Source of the DNA: an uncultured delta proteobacterium
GTDB lineage: Bacteria; Myxococcota; Myxococcia; SLRQ01
Length of the DNA stretch: 64,000 bases
Direction: 5' to 3'
Assembly: GCA_963727485.1 (NCBI GenBank)
Contig: CAVSGM010000011.1
Coordinates: 704,001-768,000 of the forward strand
Position numbers and translations under genes: made by a program. Below are positions 40,734-51,731 of the stretch, piece by piece; positions within the stretch are counted from its first letter, which is position 1; every line of letters begins with the position of its first letter. Below the pieces are notes generated by a model. The model did no database searches and was not told the origin of the DNA. It was given only the letters and a program-made list of their open reading frames with translations.

Positions 40734-43076
40734 TCAGCCGACCTTCTCGGAGCCCGCCGGGGGGGCGTCGCCGTCGTCCCCGGGGGCCGGGGTCGTGGCT
40801 TCCGCGTCCCCGGCGGCCTCCGCGTCGGCCTCGTCCCCGGCCAGCGCCGAGACCGACGCCCGGAGCTCCGCCCGCTGCTCCAGGAGCGCCCGGGTCACCT
40901 GCTCGCCCACCGGCTCGGCCACCTGGAACCGCTCCATGGCCCCGGCGAGCCCCCGGCTCTGGGCCTGGAGGTCGTCGACGGCCTGGGTGGTGAGGCGCAC
41001 CTCCTCGGCGGTCTCCGAGGCGACCCGGCGGATCTCCTCGATGGCGTCGGCGAGGCGCCCGGCGCCCTCGGCCTCGGCCGCCGCCGCGGCGTGGATCCCC
41101 TCGATGAGGCCGGTGGCCGACTGGACCACGGTCTGGATGTCCGCGAGCGCCCGGCCGGCGTCGTCGGCGAGGTGCACCCCGGCCTCGACCCGCCCCCGGA
41201 CCTCGTCCATGGCGGTCATCGCCTCGCCGGCCCCGGCCTGGATGCCCTCGATGAGCCCGGAGATCTCCCCGGCGGCGGCGCTGGACCGCTCGGCGAGCCC
41301 CCGCACCGACTCGGCGACGATGCCGAAGCCCTTGCCCTGCTCCCCGGCCCGGGAGGCCTCGATGGCGGCGTTGAGGGCCAGCATGTTGGTCTGGGCGGCG
41401 AGGTCGTCGATGAGCTCGACGATGGTGTTGATCTCCAGGCTCTTGTCCCCGAGCTCCTTCATCCGCCGGGCGGCCCGGGCGGTGTCCTGGCGGATGGCGT
41501 GCATCCCCTCCACCGTGTCGCCCACCGCGCTGGCCCCCTGGGTGGCGGCGCGGGTGGCGTCCCGGGCGGCGTCGGCGGCGGAGCCCGCGGCCTCGGCCAC
41601 GGTGCGCATGGAGGTGGCGACCTCGAGGACGTGATCGGCGGCGGCGTCGAGGCGCCGGGACTGCTGGGCGGCGCCGGCGTCCACCCGCAGCTGGGCCGCG
41701 CGGATCGCCTCGGCGGCGCCGGTGACCTCCTGGCCGGCGCTGCGCACCTGGACGATGAGGCTGCCGATGGACTCGAGCATCAGGTTGAGCCCGTCGACCA
41801 CCGCCCCCAGGACGTCGTCGGTCACCTCGCCCCGGGCGGTGAGGTCGCCGTCGGTGGCGCGGCTCACCTGCTCGAGCAGCTCCATGATGTGGGCCTGGAG
41901 GCGCTTCTTGTCGGCGTCGGACTCGATGAGCCCGACGATGCGGTCGAGCATGTCGTTGACCGCGCGTCCCAGCTCCCCGAGCTCGCCGCCCACCTGCACC
42001 AGGATCCGGCTCTGGTAGTCCCCGGCGCTCACCCGCTCGGTGACCGTGACCACGTCGCGGATCGGCCGCACCACCTGGTGATCCACCACCGCGAGGGCGA
42101 TGGCCACCACCAGGAAGGCCAGGATGCCCCCGGCGAGGAGCCCGTCGGTGAGGAAGCGCTGGAGGCGCCGCCGGTGGGCCTGGAAGCTGGCCACGGTGCC
42201 GTCGATGGCCGAGAGGCTCCGGCCCACCTCCGCCTGGCTCTGGCGCAGGGCGGTGGGGATGTCGCCGAGCAGCGCGCTGGTGGCCTCGGTGAGCGAGGCG
42301 TTGACCGCCACCACCCACCGGGTGTCGTGGACCGGCGACACCAGCCAGATGCGCGTGTCCCGGCCCACCTGGGTGACGTTGGAGACCACCGGGGCCTCTC
42401 CGGCGTCGGCGTCCGCGTCGGCGTCCTTGAGGGCGTCCCCGGAGGCGGCCTTGGGGGCGGCGCCGGGCTTGGGCGCGTCGTCGGCGTCGCCCCCGGCGGC
42501 CGGCTGGGCCTTGGGGGCGGCGTCGCCGGTGAGGAACGGCGCCAGCTCCTCGGCGTGGGTGTCGAGGAGCTGGGCGAGGCCCTGGGGGAAGGGTGCGTGG
42601 CGCCGCTTCGCCGGGCCGATGACGATCCGACGGGCCTTGGGATCCACGAGCATCGCCCGGCCGTGGCCCGGGAGCTCGGCGAGGTGGATCATCCGCAGGG
42701 CCGGCATCGCCACCACCTGGGCCACGGTGCGGCCGCCGGCGGGGACCCCCTCGAGGACCTCCTCGCAGTGGTTGGCGAGGTCGCGGGTGCGCTCGATGAG
42801 CTGGACCCGGGTGACCTTCTGCACCGTGCCCCGGGCCTCGGCGACGGTCTGGGCGACCTCGTCGCGGCTCTGGGCCATGGCCCCGCGGGTGGCGGTCTGG
42901 ACCCCGCGCAGCTCCCGGCCGAGGTCGCCGATGTCCTGCACCAGCACCGGGTAGGCGAGGATGATGACGGTGGTGGGCACGAAGAAGACCAGCACCAGGA
43001 AGGCGGTGAGGATGAGGCGCACCCGGCTCACCCCTCCGAAGGCGCCCCCGGGGCTCCGGCGCCGCCGGCCGCTCAC
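40734..43076 (-). CDS. Methyl-accepting chemotaxis protein (PilJ-like)
   Basis: Two TMs, HAMP, DGDLTARGEVTDDVLGAVVD, QTNMLALNAAIEASRAGEQGKGF. Confidence 0.93.
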   Translation of the reverse strand: MSGRRRRSPGGAFGGVSRVRLILTAFLVLVFFVPTTVIILAYPVLVQDIGDLGRELRGVQTATRGAMAQSRDEVAQTVAEARGTVQKVTRVQLIERTRDLANHCEEVLEGVPAGGRTVAQVVAMPALRMIHLAELPGHGRAMLVDPKARRIVIGPAKRRHAPFPQGLAQLLDTHAEELAPFLTGDAAPKAQPAAGGDADDAPKPGAAPKAASGDALKDADADADAGEAPVVSNVTQVGRDTRIWLVSPVHDTRWVVAVNASLTEATSALLGDIPTALRQSQAEVGRSLSAIDGTVASFQAHRRRLQRFLTDGLLAGGILAFLVVAIALAVVDHQVVRPIRDVVTVTERVSAGDYQSRILVQVGGELGELGRAVNDMLDRIVGLIESDADKKRLQAHIMELLEQVSRATDGDLTARGEVTDDVLGAVVDGLNLMLESIGSLIVQVRSAGQEVTGAAEAIRAAQLRVDAGAAQQSRRLDAAADHVLEVATSMRTVAEAAGSAADAARDATRAATQGASAVGDTVEGMHAIRQDTARAARRMKELGDKSLEINTIVELIDDLAAQTNMLALNAAIEASRAGEQGKGFGIVAESVRGLAERSSAAAGEISGLIEGIQAGAGEAMTAMDEVRGRVEAGVHLADDAGRALADIQTVVQSATGLIEGIHAAAAAEAEGAGRLADAIEEIRRVASETAEEVRLTTQAVDDLQAQSRGLAGAMERFQVAEPVGEQVTRALLEQRAELRASVSALAGDEADAEAAGDAEATTPAPGDDGDAPPAGSEKVG

Positions 43077-43530
43077 GGCGCGCCCCCGGAGACGGTGGCG
43101 CCCTGGGCGGCCACCGCCTGGCGCCAGGTCTCGACCAGGACCCCGAGGTCCACCACGTGGACCGGGGTCCCCACGCCGTCGACCTCGTGGCGGGCGCGGA
43201 TCCAGGGGATGCGCGAGGTGGCCGGCGCCGCGGCGTCGGGGTCGAGCTCGCGGATCCCCAGGGCCTCGTCCACCGGCAGGGCGCAGGTGGTCCCGCCGTG
43301 CTCCACCAGGAGCAGGGCCTGGCCGGCGCGGACCGCGGCCCCCTGGCGGAACGGGTGGGGGAGGTGGACCACGGGGACCGCGGCGCCGCGCCGGTGGACC
43401 AGCCCGGCGACCACCGGGGGGGCGCCGGGGACGGGGGTCACCTCGTCGGCGGCGAAGAGCTCGAGGACCTCCGTCACCGGGAGGGCGAAGGTCTCACCGG
43501 CGGTGCTGAAGAGGCAGGTCCGCAGCTCAC
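43073..43530 (-). CDS. cheW: CheW-like coupling protein; probable indel just after the GTG start
   Basis: LFSTAGETFALPVTEVLE, TPVPGAP..VAGLVHRRG; RBS GGAGG and GTG at 43530 are out of frame with the gene body. Confidence 0.8.
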
Positions 43531-43910
43531 CCCTCCTCGGCGGGCTCCCCGAGGAGGCGCCGGCACGCCGCGACCAGCGCCGGCGGCTCGAAGGGCTTGA
43601 CCAGGTACTCGTCGGCGCCCTGCCGCCGCCCCCAGAACTGGTCGGCGTCCTGGTCCTTGGAGGTGACGATGATGATGGGCATCTCGGCGTGGTCCGGGTC
43701 GGCCTTCAGCTCGCGGCACAGGGCGAAGCCGTTCTTCCCGGGCATCACCACGTCGAGGACCAGGAGGTCCGGGGACTCGGCGCGGACCACCCGCTCGGCC
43801 TCGTCGCCGTCGGCGGCGACGAGGAGGGTGTGACCCAGCGACGCCAGGGCGCGCTGGAAGATCCGGACCTCGGTCGGGGAGTCGTCGGCGATGAGGATCT
43901 TCTTGGGCAT
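43527..43910 (-). CDS. Single-domain response regulator (PilH-like)
   Basis: ILIADDSPT, LDVVMPGKNGF, TSKDQDADQFWGRRQGADEYLVKP. Confidence 0.9.
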   Translation of the reverse strand: MPKKILIADDSPTEVRIFQRALASLGHTLLVAADGDEAERVVRAESPDLLVLDVVMPGKNGFALCRELKADPDHAEMPIIIVTSKDQDADQFWGRRQGADEYLVKPFEPPALVAACRRLLGEPAEEG

Positions 43911-43996
43911 CTCGACCCCGAAGCCTACCACCGCGCCCGGCGGGATTCACGAACCGGCGCATTGCCCGACGGCGCCCGGTCTGCGATGACCTTCGG

Positions 43997-44566
43997 GTGG
44001 GCCGGCTCACCATCCTCCTCGCGGTCGCGAGCTTCGGGGTCGCCGCCGGGGCGGCGTACCTCACGGGCCCGGGGTGGGTGACCTGCCTGGGGGTCCTGGG
44101 GGTGCTCCTGCCCCTGACCGCCCTCATGGCCACCGGCTGGCTCGCCCGCCGACGCTTCGCCGGGGTCTGGCCGGATCGCGCGTGGGTCCTGGCGCCTGGC
44201 GCCCTGGCCCTGGCGGTGGTGGGCGGCGTCCTCCTCGCCGCGGCGTTCCACCTCCCGGGCCCAAGCGCCACCCCGGTGTCCATCCCCGTCGCCGCCCTGG
44301 CCCTCGGGGGCAGCCGGATCGCGGGCCTGCTCGCCGCCCTGGCCTTCGGCGCCTACGCCCTCGGCGCCGAGGGGGTGCCGGTCCGGGTCCTCGGGGCCGG
44401 GGTCGCCCTCGCCGCCGTCCTCGGCGCCCAGCCGGTCCTCCGGCTCCACGGGCTCCCGGTGGTGGGCCCGGTGGGCCTGGCCCTGGCGGTGGCGCTGGTG
44501 GCCCTCGCCGGGTGGGTCAGGCGTCGATGGGGATCAGCCGGGCCTGGAAGTCCGGACCCGCGGTGA
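43997..44566 (+). CDS. Hypothetical integral membrane protein
   Basis: Roughly six hydrophobic segments; fills the gap between flanking genes. Confidence 0.55.
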   Translation: MGRLTILLAVASFGVAAGAAYLTGPGWVTCLGVLGVLLPLTALMATGWLARRRFAGVWPDRAWVLAPGALALAVVGGVLLAAAFHLPGPSATPVSIPVAALALGGSRIAGLLAALAFGAYALGAEGVPVRVLGAGVALAAVLGAQPVLRLHGLPVVGPVGLALAVALVALAGWVRRRWGSAGPGSPDPR

Positions 44567-45359
44567 GCACCTGCCCGTCGGCGAGCTCGGCCCAGGCCGC
44601 GTCGGCGGCGCCGGTGAGGGCCGAGGCCACCGCCACCGACCGCAGGTGACGGTGGGGGAGGCGCTGGGGGTGGGTCTCGGGGGCGTCGGCCCCGAGGTCG
44701 TGGCGGGCACACTCGGCCATGCCGTCGAGGAGGGCGTAGTGCAGCGGCCGGGTGCCCCGGCGGCAGGCGACCAGGTGCCGGCCGTCGAGGGCGACCAGGT
44801 TGAGGGTCGAGGGCTCGTCGCCCACCGACGCCGAGAGGGCCTCGATCGCGCGCACCGTCCGGCGCAGGGCCTCGCCGAGGATCTCCCCGGGGACCTCGCG
44901 CACCGAGAGGGCCCCGAGGGCCTTGAGCTCCGCCAGGAAGAGGGCGAAGACGTGGGCGCTGTCGGTCTCGCCGGTGACGCCGCGGCGGATGAAGGGCGGC
45001 AGCCGCTCGAGGAGGGCGGGGCGCAGGTCGCCGAAGTGGGCCACGGTGCCGTCGTGGGCGAAGAGCCAGCCGCCCTTGCGGAAGGGGTGGGTGTTCTCGT
45101 CCTTGAAGCTGCCCACGGTGGCCCGCCGGGTGTGGACCACCACCGCCGAGGCCCGGACGTCGGCGACCAGCGAGAGGGGATCGGCGGCCAGCCCGGGGAC
45201 CGATCCCGGGCGGTGGCGCACCAGCACCTGGCCGTTCTGGACGTAGCCGGCGCCGATGGCGTCGGGGGTCTGGCGGTCGGCGAAGTCGACCTGGGGGCGC
45301 AGGGCCGCGAGGCGACAGGGAAGGAGGCTGGGATCGTTCTGCAGGATCGCCAGGAGCAT
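44517..45359 (-). CDS. Class II glutamine amidotransferase-like protein (YafJ/EgtC family) lacking the N-terminal Cys
   Basis: HTRRATVG, ENTHPF, WLFAHDG, GETDSAH motifs; begins MLLAIL. Confidence 0.82.
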   Translation of the reverse strand: MLLAILQNDPSLLPCRLAALRPQVDFADRQTPDAIGAGYVQNGQVLVRHRPGSVPGLAADPLSLVADVRASAVVVHTRRATVGSFKDENTHPFRKGGWLFAHDGTVAHFGDLRPALLERLPPFIRRGVTGETDSAHVFALFLAELKALGALSVREVPGEILGEALRRTVRAIEALSASVGDEPSTLNLVALDGRHLVACRRGTRPLHYALLDGMAECARHDLGADAPETHPQRLPHRHLRSVAVASALTGAADAAWAELADGQVLTAGPDFQARLIPIDA

Positions 45360-45508
45360 CGCGAAAAGGGTAACCCCGCAGAGGGCCCCGGGCCAGGGAC
45401 GGAGCCCCGGGGGCGGGCGCCGTGGACCTCGGGCACGGGCGCTTTGACTTGGGCGCCGGGGCTCTGTCAGAATCCGAGTCTTCCTGAACCTTTGCCCCCC
45501 ATCCAGGC

Positions 45509-47089
45509 ATGAGCGACGACATCGCCATCGGCATCGACCTCGGGACCTCGAACTCCTGCGTCTCGGTGGTCCTCGAAGGCCAGCCCCAGGTCCTCCCCAA
45601 CGAGTGGGGCGAGCGCACCCACGCCTCGGTGGTCTCGTTCCTCGAGGACGGGTCGGTCCAGGTGGGCAACGCGGCCAAGCGCAACATCATCACCAACGCC
45701 GAGAACACGGTGTACTCGGCCAAGCGCCTCATCGGCCGCTTCTACTTCTCCGACGAGGTGAAGAAGGCCCAGGCGGTGATGCCCTACGAGATCGTCGAGG
45801 GCGAGAACAACTCGGTGCGCATCCGGGTGCGGGGGCAGGACTACGCCATCCCCGAGACCTCGGCCCTCATCCTCAAGGAGATGAAGGCCATCGCCGAGAG
45901 CTACCTCGGCCGCGAGGTCTCCAAGGCGGTGGTCACCGTCCCCGCCTACTTCAACGACAACCAGCGCCAGGCCACCAAGGACGCCGGCAAGATCGCCGGC
46001 CTCGACGTCCTCCGGATCATCAACGAGCCCACCGCCGCGGCGCTCGCCTACGGCTTCGGGCGCGACGTGGCCCAGAAGTGCGTCATCTACGACCTCGGCG
46101 GCGGCACCTTCGACGTCTCCATCCTCGAGATCGGCCAGGACGTCTTCGAGGTGCTCTCCACCGCCGGTGACACCTACCTCGGCGGCGACGACTTCGACGA
46201 CCGGATCATGCAGTGGCTCGCGGACACCTTCCAGCAGAACCACGGCATCGATCTGCGCCAGAACCGCTACTGCCTCCAGATGCTCAAGGAGGGCGCCGAG
46301 CGGGCCAAGATCGACCTCTCCACCCAGGCCCAGGCCACCGTCCACATCGAGGGCATCTGCCAGACCCAGGAGGGCAGCGTCCTCGACCTCGACGCCACCC
46401 TCGACCAGCAGGACTTCAACCGGATGACCATGGACCTCGTCCAGCGGACCTTCAAGGTCTGCGACGAGGCGATCCAGGCCGCCCGGCTCACCGCCTCGGA
46501 CATCGACGCGGTGATCCTCGTCGGCGGGCCCACCCGGCTGCCCATCATCCGCAACTCGGTGAAGCACTACTTCCAGAAGGAGCCGCTCACCGACATCGAC
46601 CCCGACGAGGTCGTGGCCCTCGGCGCCTCGATCCAGGCCAACGCGCTCCTCGACTCGGCCTCGGACGCCTACCTCCTCGACGTGACCCCGCTCTCCCTGC
46701 GCATCGGGACCGTCGGCGGCTACACCGAGAAGATCCTCGACAAGAACACCCCCATCCCCATCGACCGCACGCGCACCTTCACCACCAGCCGCGACGGCCA
46801 GGACCGGGTGGTCATCAAGGTCTACCAGGGGGAGAGCAACCGCTCCGACGAGTGCGAGCTCCTCGGCCAGTTCGAGTTCTCGGGCTTCCGCATCGGCTAC
46901 CGGGGCGAGGTGAAGATCGAGGTCACCTTCGAGATCGACACCAACGGCATCGTCCACATCACCGCCACCGACGTGGAGACGGGCCAGCAGGCGTCGACCA
47001 CCATCACCCTGTCCTCGGGCCTCACCGACGAGGACATCGAGCGCAGCCGCCAGCGGGCCGCCGACACCCGGCTGGCGGGCCACGCCTAG
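45509..47089 (+). CDS. Hsp70/DnaK-family chaperone, short form without the helical lid
   Basis: [43 protein letters not shown], linker [10 protein letters not shown]; 526 aa. Confidence 0.93.
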   Translation: MSDDIAIGIDLGTSNSCVSVVLEGQPQVLPNEWGERTHASVVSFLEDGSVQVGNAAKRNIITNAENTVYSAKRLIGRFYFSDEVKKAQAVMPYEIVEGENNSVRIRVRGQDYAIPETSALILKEMKAIAESYLGREVSKAVVTVPAYFNDNQRQATKDAGKIAGLDVLRIINEPTAAALAYGFGRDVAQKCVIYDLGGGTFDVSILEIGQDVFEVLSTAGDTYLGGDDFDDRIMQWLADTFQQNHGIDLRQNRYCLQMLKEGAERAKIDLSTQAQATVHIEGICQTQEGSVLDLDATLDQQDFNRMTMDLVQRTFKVCDEAIQAARLTASDIDAVILVGGPTRLPIIRNSVKHYFQKEPLTDIDPDEVVALGASIQANALLDSASDAYLLDVTPLSLRIGTVGGYTEKILDKNTPIPIDRTRTFTTSRDGQDRVVIKVYQGESNRSDECELLGQFEFSGFRIGYRGEVKIEVTFEIDTNGIVHITATDVETGQQASTTITLSSGLTDEDIERSRQRAADTRLAGHA

Positions 47090-47104
47090 AAGCCCCCGAC
47101 CGCC

Positions 47105-47660
47105 ATGCCGCCCGATCCCCAGTTCGCCATCGAAGCCCAGGTCCTCGCCCAGACCATCGAGGAGCTCGACTACTACCAGAATCCTCAAGGTGGGCCGGGA
47201 GGCCACCGCCGGGGAGATCAAGAAGGCCTACTACGCCGAGAGCCGCGCCTTCCACCCCGACGGCTACTACCAGGAGGCCGACGAGGAGCTGAAGGCGAAC
47301 GTCTTCAAGATCTACAAGCGGATCACCGAGGCCTACACCGTCCTCCGCGACCCGGAGAAGCGGCGCAAGTACACCGCCGACATCGACGGCCCCGACCGGG
47401 CCGGCAAGCTCCGGTTCACCGAGCAGAGCGAGGCGGAGCAGAAGAAGGCCAAGGAGGAGCAGGAGGGCAAGACCGAGCAGGGCCGCAAGTGCTACCGGCA
47501 GGCCCTCCTCGAGGTCCGCCAGAAGCGCTTCGAGACCGCCGAGCGCACCCTCAGGACCGCCCTGATGTACGAGCCGGACAACGACCTCTTCAAGGCGAAG
47601 CTCGAGGAGGTCCAGGGCCAGATCAAGCCCGCCGGCGGGCACGGCTTCGAGATCAAGTGA
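47105..47660 (+). CDS. J-domain co-chaperone with C-terminal TPR-like helix; frameshift at ~47181
   Basis: DYYQ|ILKV...IKKAYY...FHPD...ITEAYTVLRDPEKRRKY. Confidence 0.88.
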
Positions 47661-48337
47661 CCCTCGACCTGGTCGCCCTCGGGGTGGTGGGGCTCTTCGC
47701 GGGGGTCGGCGCCTTCACCGGCGCCATCGGCCAGCTCCTCTCCCTGGTCGGGCTGGTGGGGGCCTGGCTCACCGGGCGCTTCGTGGGCCTTCGGTTCGGG
47801 CCCGCGGTCGCCGCCCACTTCCACGTCCCGGCCATCGTCGGGGTCGCCGGGCTCTCCCTGGTGCTGGGGCTCGTGGTGTTCGCGGCGGTGGCCCTCGGGG
47901 GCCGGGCGGGGGTCCGGCGCCTGCGCCGGGGCCGGGGACCGTCGGCGGTGGACCGATCGCTGGGGATCCTGGTGGGGGCGACCAAGGGCGGGGCCCTGGT
48001 GTGGCTGTTGATGAGCCTGGTGGTCTTCTTCGACCGGCCGCTCAAGGGCTCGCCGCTCCACCTGGACACCCGGGGCTCGGAGGTGGCGGTGCTGGCCCGC
48101 AAGGGGAACCTCCTCGCCCACTCGGGGCTGCCCCTGGGGACCCTGCGGCAGGCCCTGGCCCACCCGGCGGCCCTGGCCCGGGATCCCCAGCTGAAGGCGC
48201 TCGCCCGGGATCCGGCCCTCAAGGCCGCCCTCGACCGGGGGGACGCGGTGGGGGTGCTTCGGCACGCCGACGTGCTGAAGGTGCTCTCGGATCCCCGCCT
48301 CGAGGCGCGGCTGCAGCGGATCGCCGCCGGGAAGTGA
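47657..48337 (+). CDS. CvpA (colicin V production) family membrane protein
   Basis: LDLVALGVV..GAFTG..QLLSL, VDRSLGILVGATKG; GTGA overlap with the upstream stop. Confidence 0.78.
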   Translation: MTLDLVALGVVGLFAGVGAFTGAIGQLLSLVGLVGAWLTGRFVGLRFGPAVAAHFHVPAIVGVAGLSLVLGLVVFAAVALGGRAGVRRLRRGRGPSAVDRSLGILVGATKGGALVWLLMSLVVFFDRPLKGSPLHLDTRGSEVAVLARKGNLLAHSGLPLGTLRQALAHPAALARDPQLKALARDPALKAALDRGDAVGVLRHADVLKVLSDPRLEARLQRIAAGK

Positions 48338-48376
48338 TCCTGCGGGGGCCGCCCGGCGGCGCGGCCCGATCCCCCA

Positions 48377-48417
48377 ACGCAAAACGGCCCCCGGGCGAAC
48401 CCGGAGGCCGTTTGCGT
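48377..48417 (-). terminator. Rho-independent (probably bidirectional) terminator
   Basis: Long near-perfect hairpin ACGCAAAACGGCCCCCGGG-CGAA-CCCGGAGGCCGTTTGCGT between convergent genes; T-run on the minus strand. Confidence 0.75.
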
Positions 48418-48431
48418 GACGTCAGGCGGGA

Positions 48432-48695
48432 CTACTTGCCGGAGGTCGTGTTCGCGAAGGTCTTCAGGCTCCGGTGACCGTCGAGCTTCTTGTTGCTGGT
48501 CTTGGTGTCGACGGTGGTCTTCTCCTCACCGTTCAGGGCCTTGGCGGAGGCGCCGAAGAGCTTGCGGATGTTGTCGCCGAAGAGGCTCACGACGCCGATG
48601 GCGGCGATGGCGATGAGGGCGACGATGATGATGTACTCGGTCATGCCCTGACCGGACTCATCGGCGAACGCGGTGCGAAACTTGGAAATCATCAT
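48432..48695 (-). CDS. flp: Flp/Fap type IVc (Tad) pilin
   Basis: DESGQG/MTEYIIIVALIAIAAI..FG prepilin motif; RBS AAGGAG. Confidence 0.88.
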   Translation of the reverse strand: MMISKFRTAFADESGQGMTEYIIIVALIAIAAIGVVSLFGDNIRKLFGASAKALNGEEKTTVDTKTSNKKLDGHRSLKTFANTTSGK

Positions 48696-48888
48696 GGTTG
48701 GCTCCTTGGCGGGTGGGTTGGCGCAGCTCGAAAGGGTGTGACCGTTGCTCGTTGATGGTGCCCACTGTAGCGGGTGGGCCCGGGGGCGGGAATCGGTCAT
48801 CGGGAGGATGCCACACCCCAGGCTGGTGACGCGCTGCGTCGTCGGGCGGGTTGACGAAGACCCGGACGGTCCTAGGCTGATCGGTGTC

Positions 48889-49782
<894 letters not shown>

Positions 49783-49940
49783 GGGCGTCTCCGTGAGGGG
49801 AGGGCCGGCCCTCGGGGGCCGGTCCACCCCGCGGCCGGGGGGCCGTGAGGGGGGCCCTGCGCCCAGAATGCAAGGGTGGGGCGCAGTTGCGCAATCCGGA
49901 CCACCGATCTAGGGTCCACGGCTTGCCCGGGAGCCGTCTC

Positions 49941-51728
49941 ATGCGTCGTGTGGTCCTCGCCCTCGTCCCCATCGCCCTCGTCCTCGCCCCCGCCTGCAGC
50001 TGCGACGGGCCCCCGGTGGCCCAGCTCACGGGCAAGATCGCCTTCCCCTCCGGCGGGGTCCTCGACTTCGGCAAGGTCTGCGTGGGCGACACCGCCGAGG
50101 CCACCGTCGCCGTGGAGAACGACGGCACCGTGCCCCTGAAGATCACCTCGGCGAAGGTGACCGGCGACGCGAGCTTCACCGTGGTCGACTTCCCCAAGAC
50201 CCTGGCCCCGGCCGGGCAGGTCCTGGCCAAGGGCGTCATCCACATGCGCTTCAAGCCCGGGGCCGCCGGCGAGGTCTTCGGCGACCTGGTGGTCGGAAGC
50301 GACGACCTGAAGAACCCCTCGGTGAAGGTGAAGCTGGACGGCACCGGCGACGACGGGCCCCGGGTGGACGTCGAGCTCGACTGCGAGAACGCCGACGGCA
50401 CCGCCCTGGTCAAGTGCCCCACGGTCCTCAACTACGGCGACGTGGGCACCGGCGCCTCCAAGGACATCCCCGTGGTCCTGGCGAACAAGGGCTGCGCCGC
50501 CCTCACCGTCTCCGCGGCCACCATCACCGACCTCCAGGATCAGAACCCGGCGGCGGGCTTCGCCCTCGGTGGCCCCAAGGTGCCCTTCCAGTTCTCCGCG
50601 GCCCGGCCCCAGACCGTGGACCCGACCCTCCAGCCCACCACCGCCGACAGCTACACCGGGCGCCTCCACCTCACCTGGTCCGACGCCGCGGTCAACGGCT
50701 CGCCCCAGGAGAGCAAGGTGGGTCTCATCGGCAACGGCGTCGCCTTCGTGGCCACCGTCATCCCCGCGGGCTTCACCTTCACCCAGGCCGGGACCACCCA
50801 CCCCCAGACCCAGACCTTCACGGTGAAGAACCAGGGCGGCCTCGACGCCAAGATCACCGGCATCGACCTCCGGGACGGGACCCCCGAGTTCACCATCAAG
50901 CCCGCGTCGGCCCTGCCCCTGGACCTGCCGGCCTACGGCCAGGCCACCTTCGACGTCACCTACGCCCCCACCAGCCAGAACAAGGCCGCCGACGCGGTCC
51001 TGGTGACCACCGACAAGGGCACCCTGCCGCCGGTGCCCATCTCCGGCGGGGCCGGGCCCCAGCTCGAGGTCGATCCCCCGGTGACCGTGGACTTCGGCCA
51101 GGTGGCCACCGCGGCCACCGCCACCCAGTCGGTGACCGTCTCCAACGTGGGGTCGGCGCCCCTCAACGTCACCGGCATGACCCTCCCCACCAACCCGGCG
51201 AACGTCTTCTCCATCCAGGGGGCGCCGAGCTTCCCCCAGGCCCTGGCGCCGGGGAAGAGCTTCACCTTCCAGGTGCAGTTCGTCGACGACCCCCACATCG
51301 GCAAGAAGGCCGACGGGTCGGGGTCCTCGGAGACCGGGGAGCTCGACATCCAGAGCGACGACCCGGCCTACGCCCAGGGCTCGGGCTACGCCCTGGTGCT
51401 CCAGACCGACACCCTGCTCAACCTCGGGCCCACCGCCGACCTGGTGGCCGCGGTCGGGGGCACCGCCTGCACCACCGACCCCTGCCCGGCGACCTCCGGC
51501 GACACGGTCACCTTCGACGCCTCGGGGAGCACCGACCCCGAGAACGACACCTTGAGCTTCGCCTGGACCCTCACCCCGCCCAACGGGGCCACGGCGACCC
51601 TCCAGCAGCACAGCGGCGCGACCAACACCCTGGTGCCCGACGTGCCCGGGCGGTGGACGGTGCAGGTGAAGGTCAGCGATCCCTACGGCGGCACCGACAC
51701 CCGGTCGGTCCACATCGGGGTGCAGTAG
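49941..51728 (+). CDS. Surface lipoprotein with tandem ASH/choice-of-anchor-D Ig-like domains and C-terminal PKD
   Basis: Lipobox LAPAC; four units like LDFGxV...VxNxGxxPLxIT; PKD FDASGSTDPENDTLSFAW. Confidence 0.8.
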   Translation: MRRVVLALVPIALVLAPACSCDGPPVAQLTGKIAFPSGGVLDFGKVCVGDTAEATVAVENDGTVPLKITSAKVTGDASFTVVDFPKTLAPAGQVLAKGVIHMRFKPGAAGEVFGDLVVGSDDLKNPSVKVKLDGTGDDGPRVDVELDCENADGTALVKCPTVLNYGDVGTGASKDIPVVLANKGCAALTVSAATITDLQDQNPAAGFALGGPKVPFQFSAARPQTVDPTLQPTTADSYTGRLHLTWSDAAVNGSPQESKVGLIGNGVAFVATVIPAGFTFTQAGTTHPQTQTFTVKNQGGLDAKITGIDLRDGTPEFTIKPASALPLDLPAYGQATFDVTYAPTSQNKAADAVLVTTDKGTLPPVPISGGAGPQLEVDPPVTVDFGQVATAATATQSVTVSNVGSAPLNVTGMTLPTNPANVFSIQGAPSFPQALAPGKSFTFQVQFVDDPHIGKKADGSGSSETGELDIQSDDPAYAQGSGYALVLQTDTLLNLGPTADLVAAVGGTACTTDPCPATSGDTVTFDASGSTDPENDTLSFAWTLTPPNGATATLQQHSGATNTLVPDVPGRWTVQVKVSDPYGGTDTRSVHIGVQ

Positions 51729-51731
51729 GCC

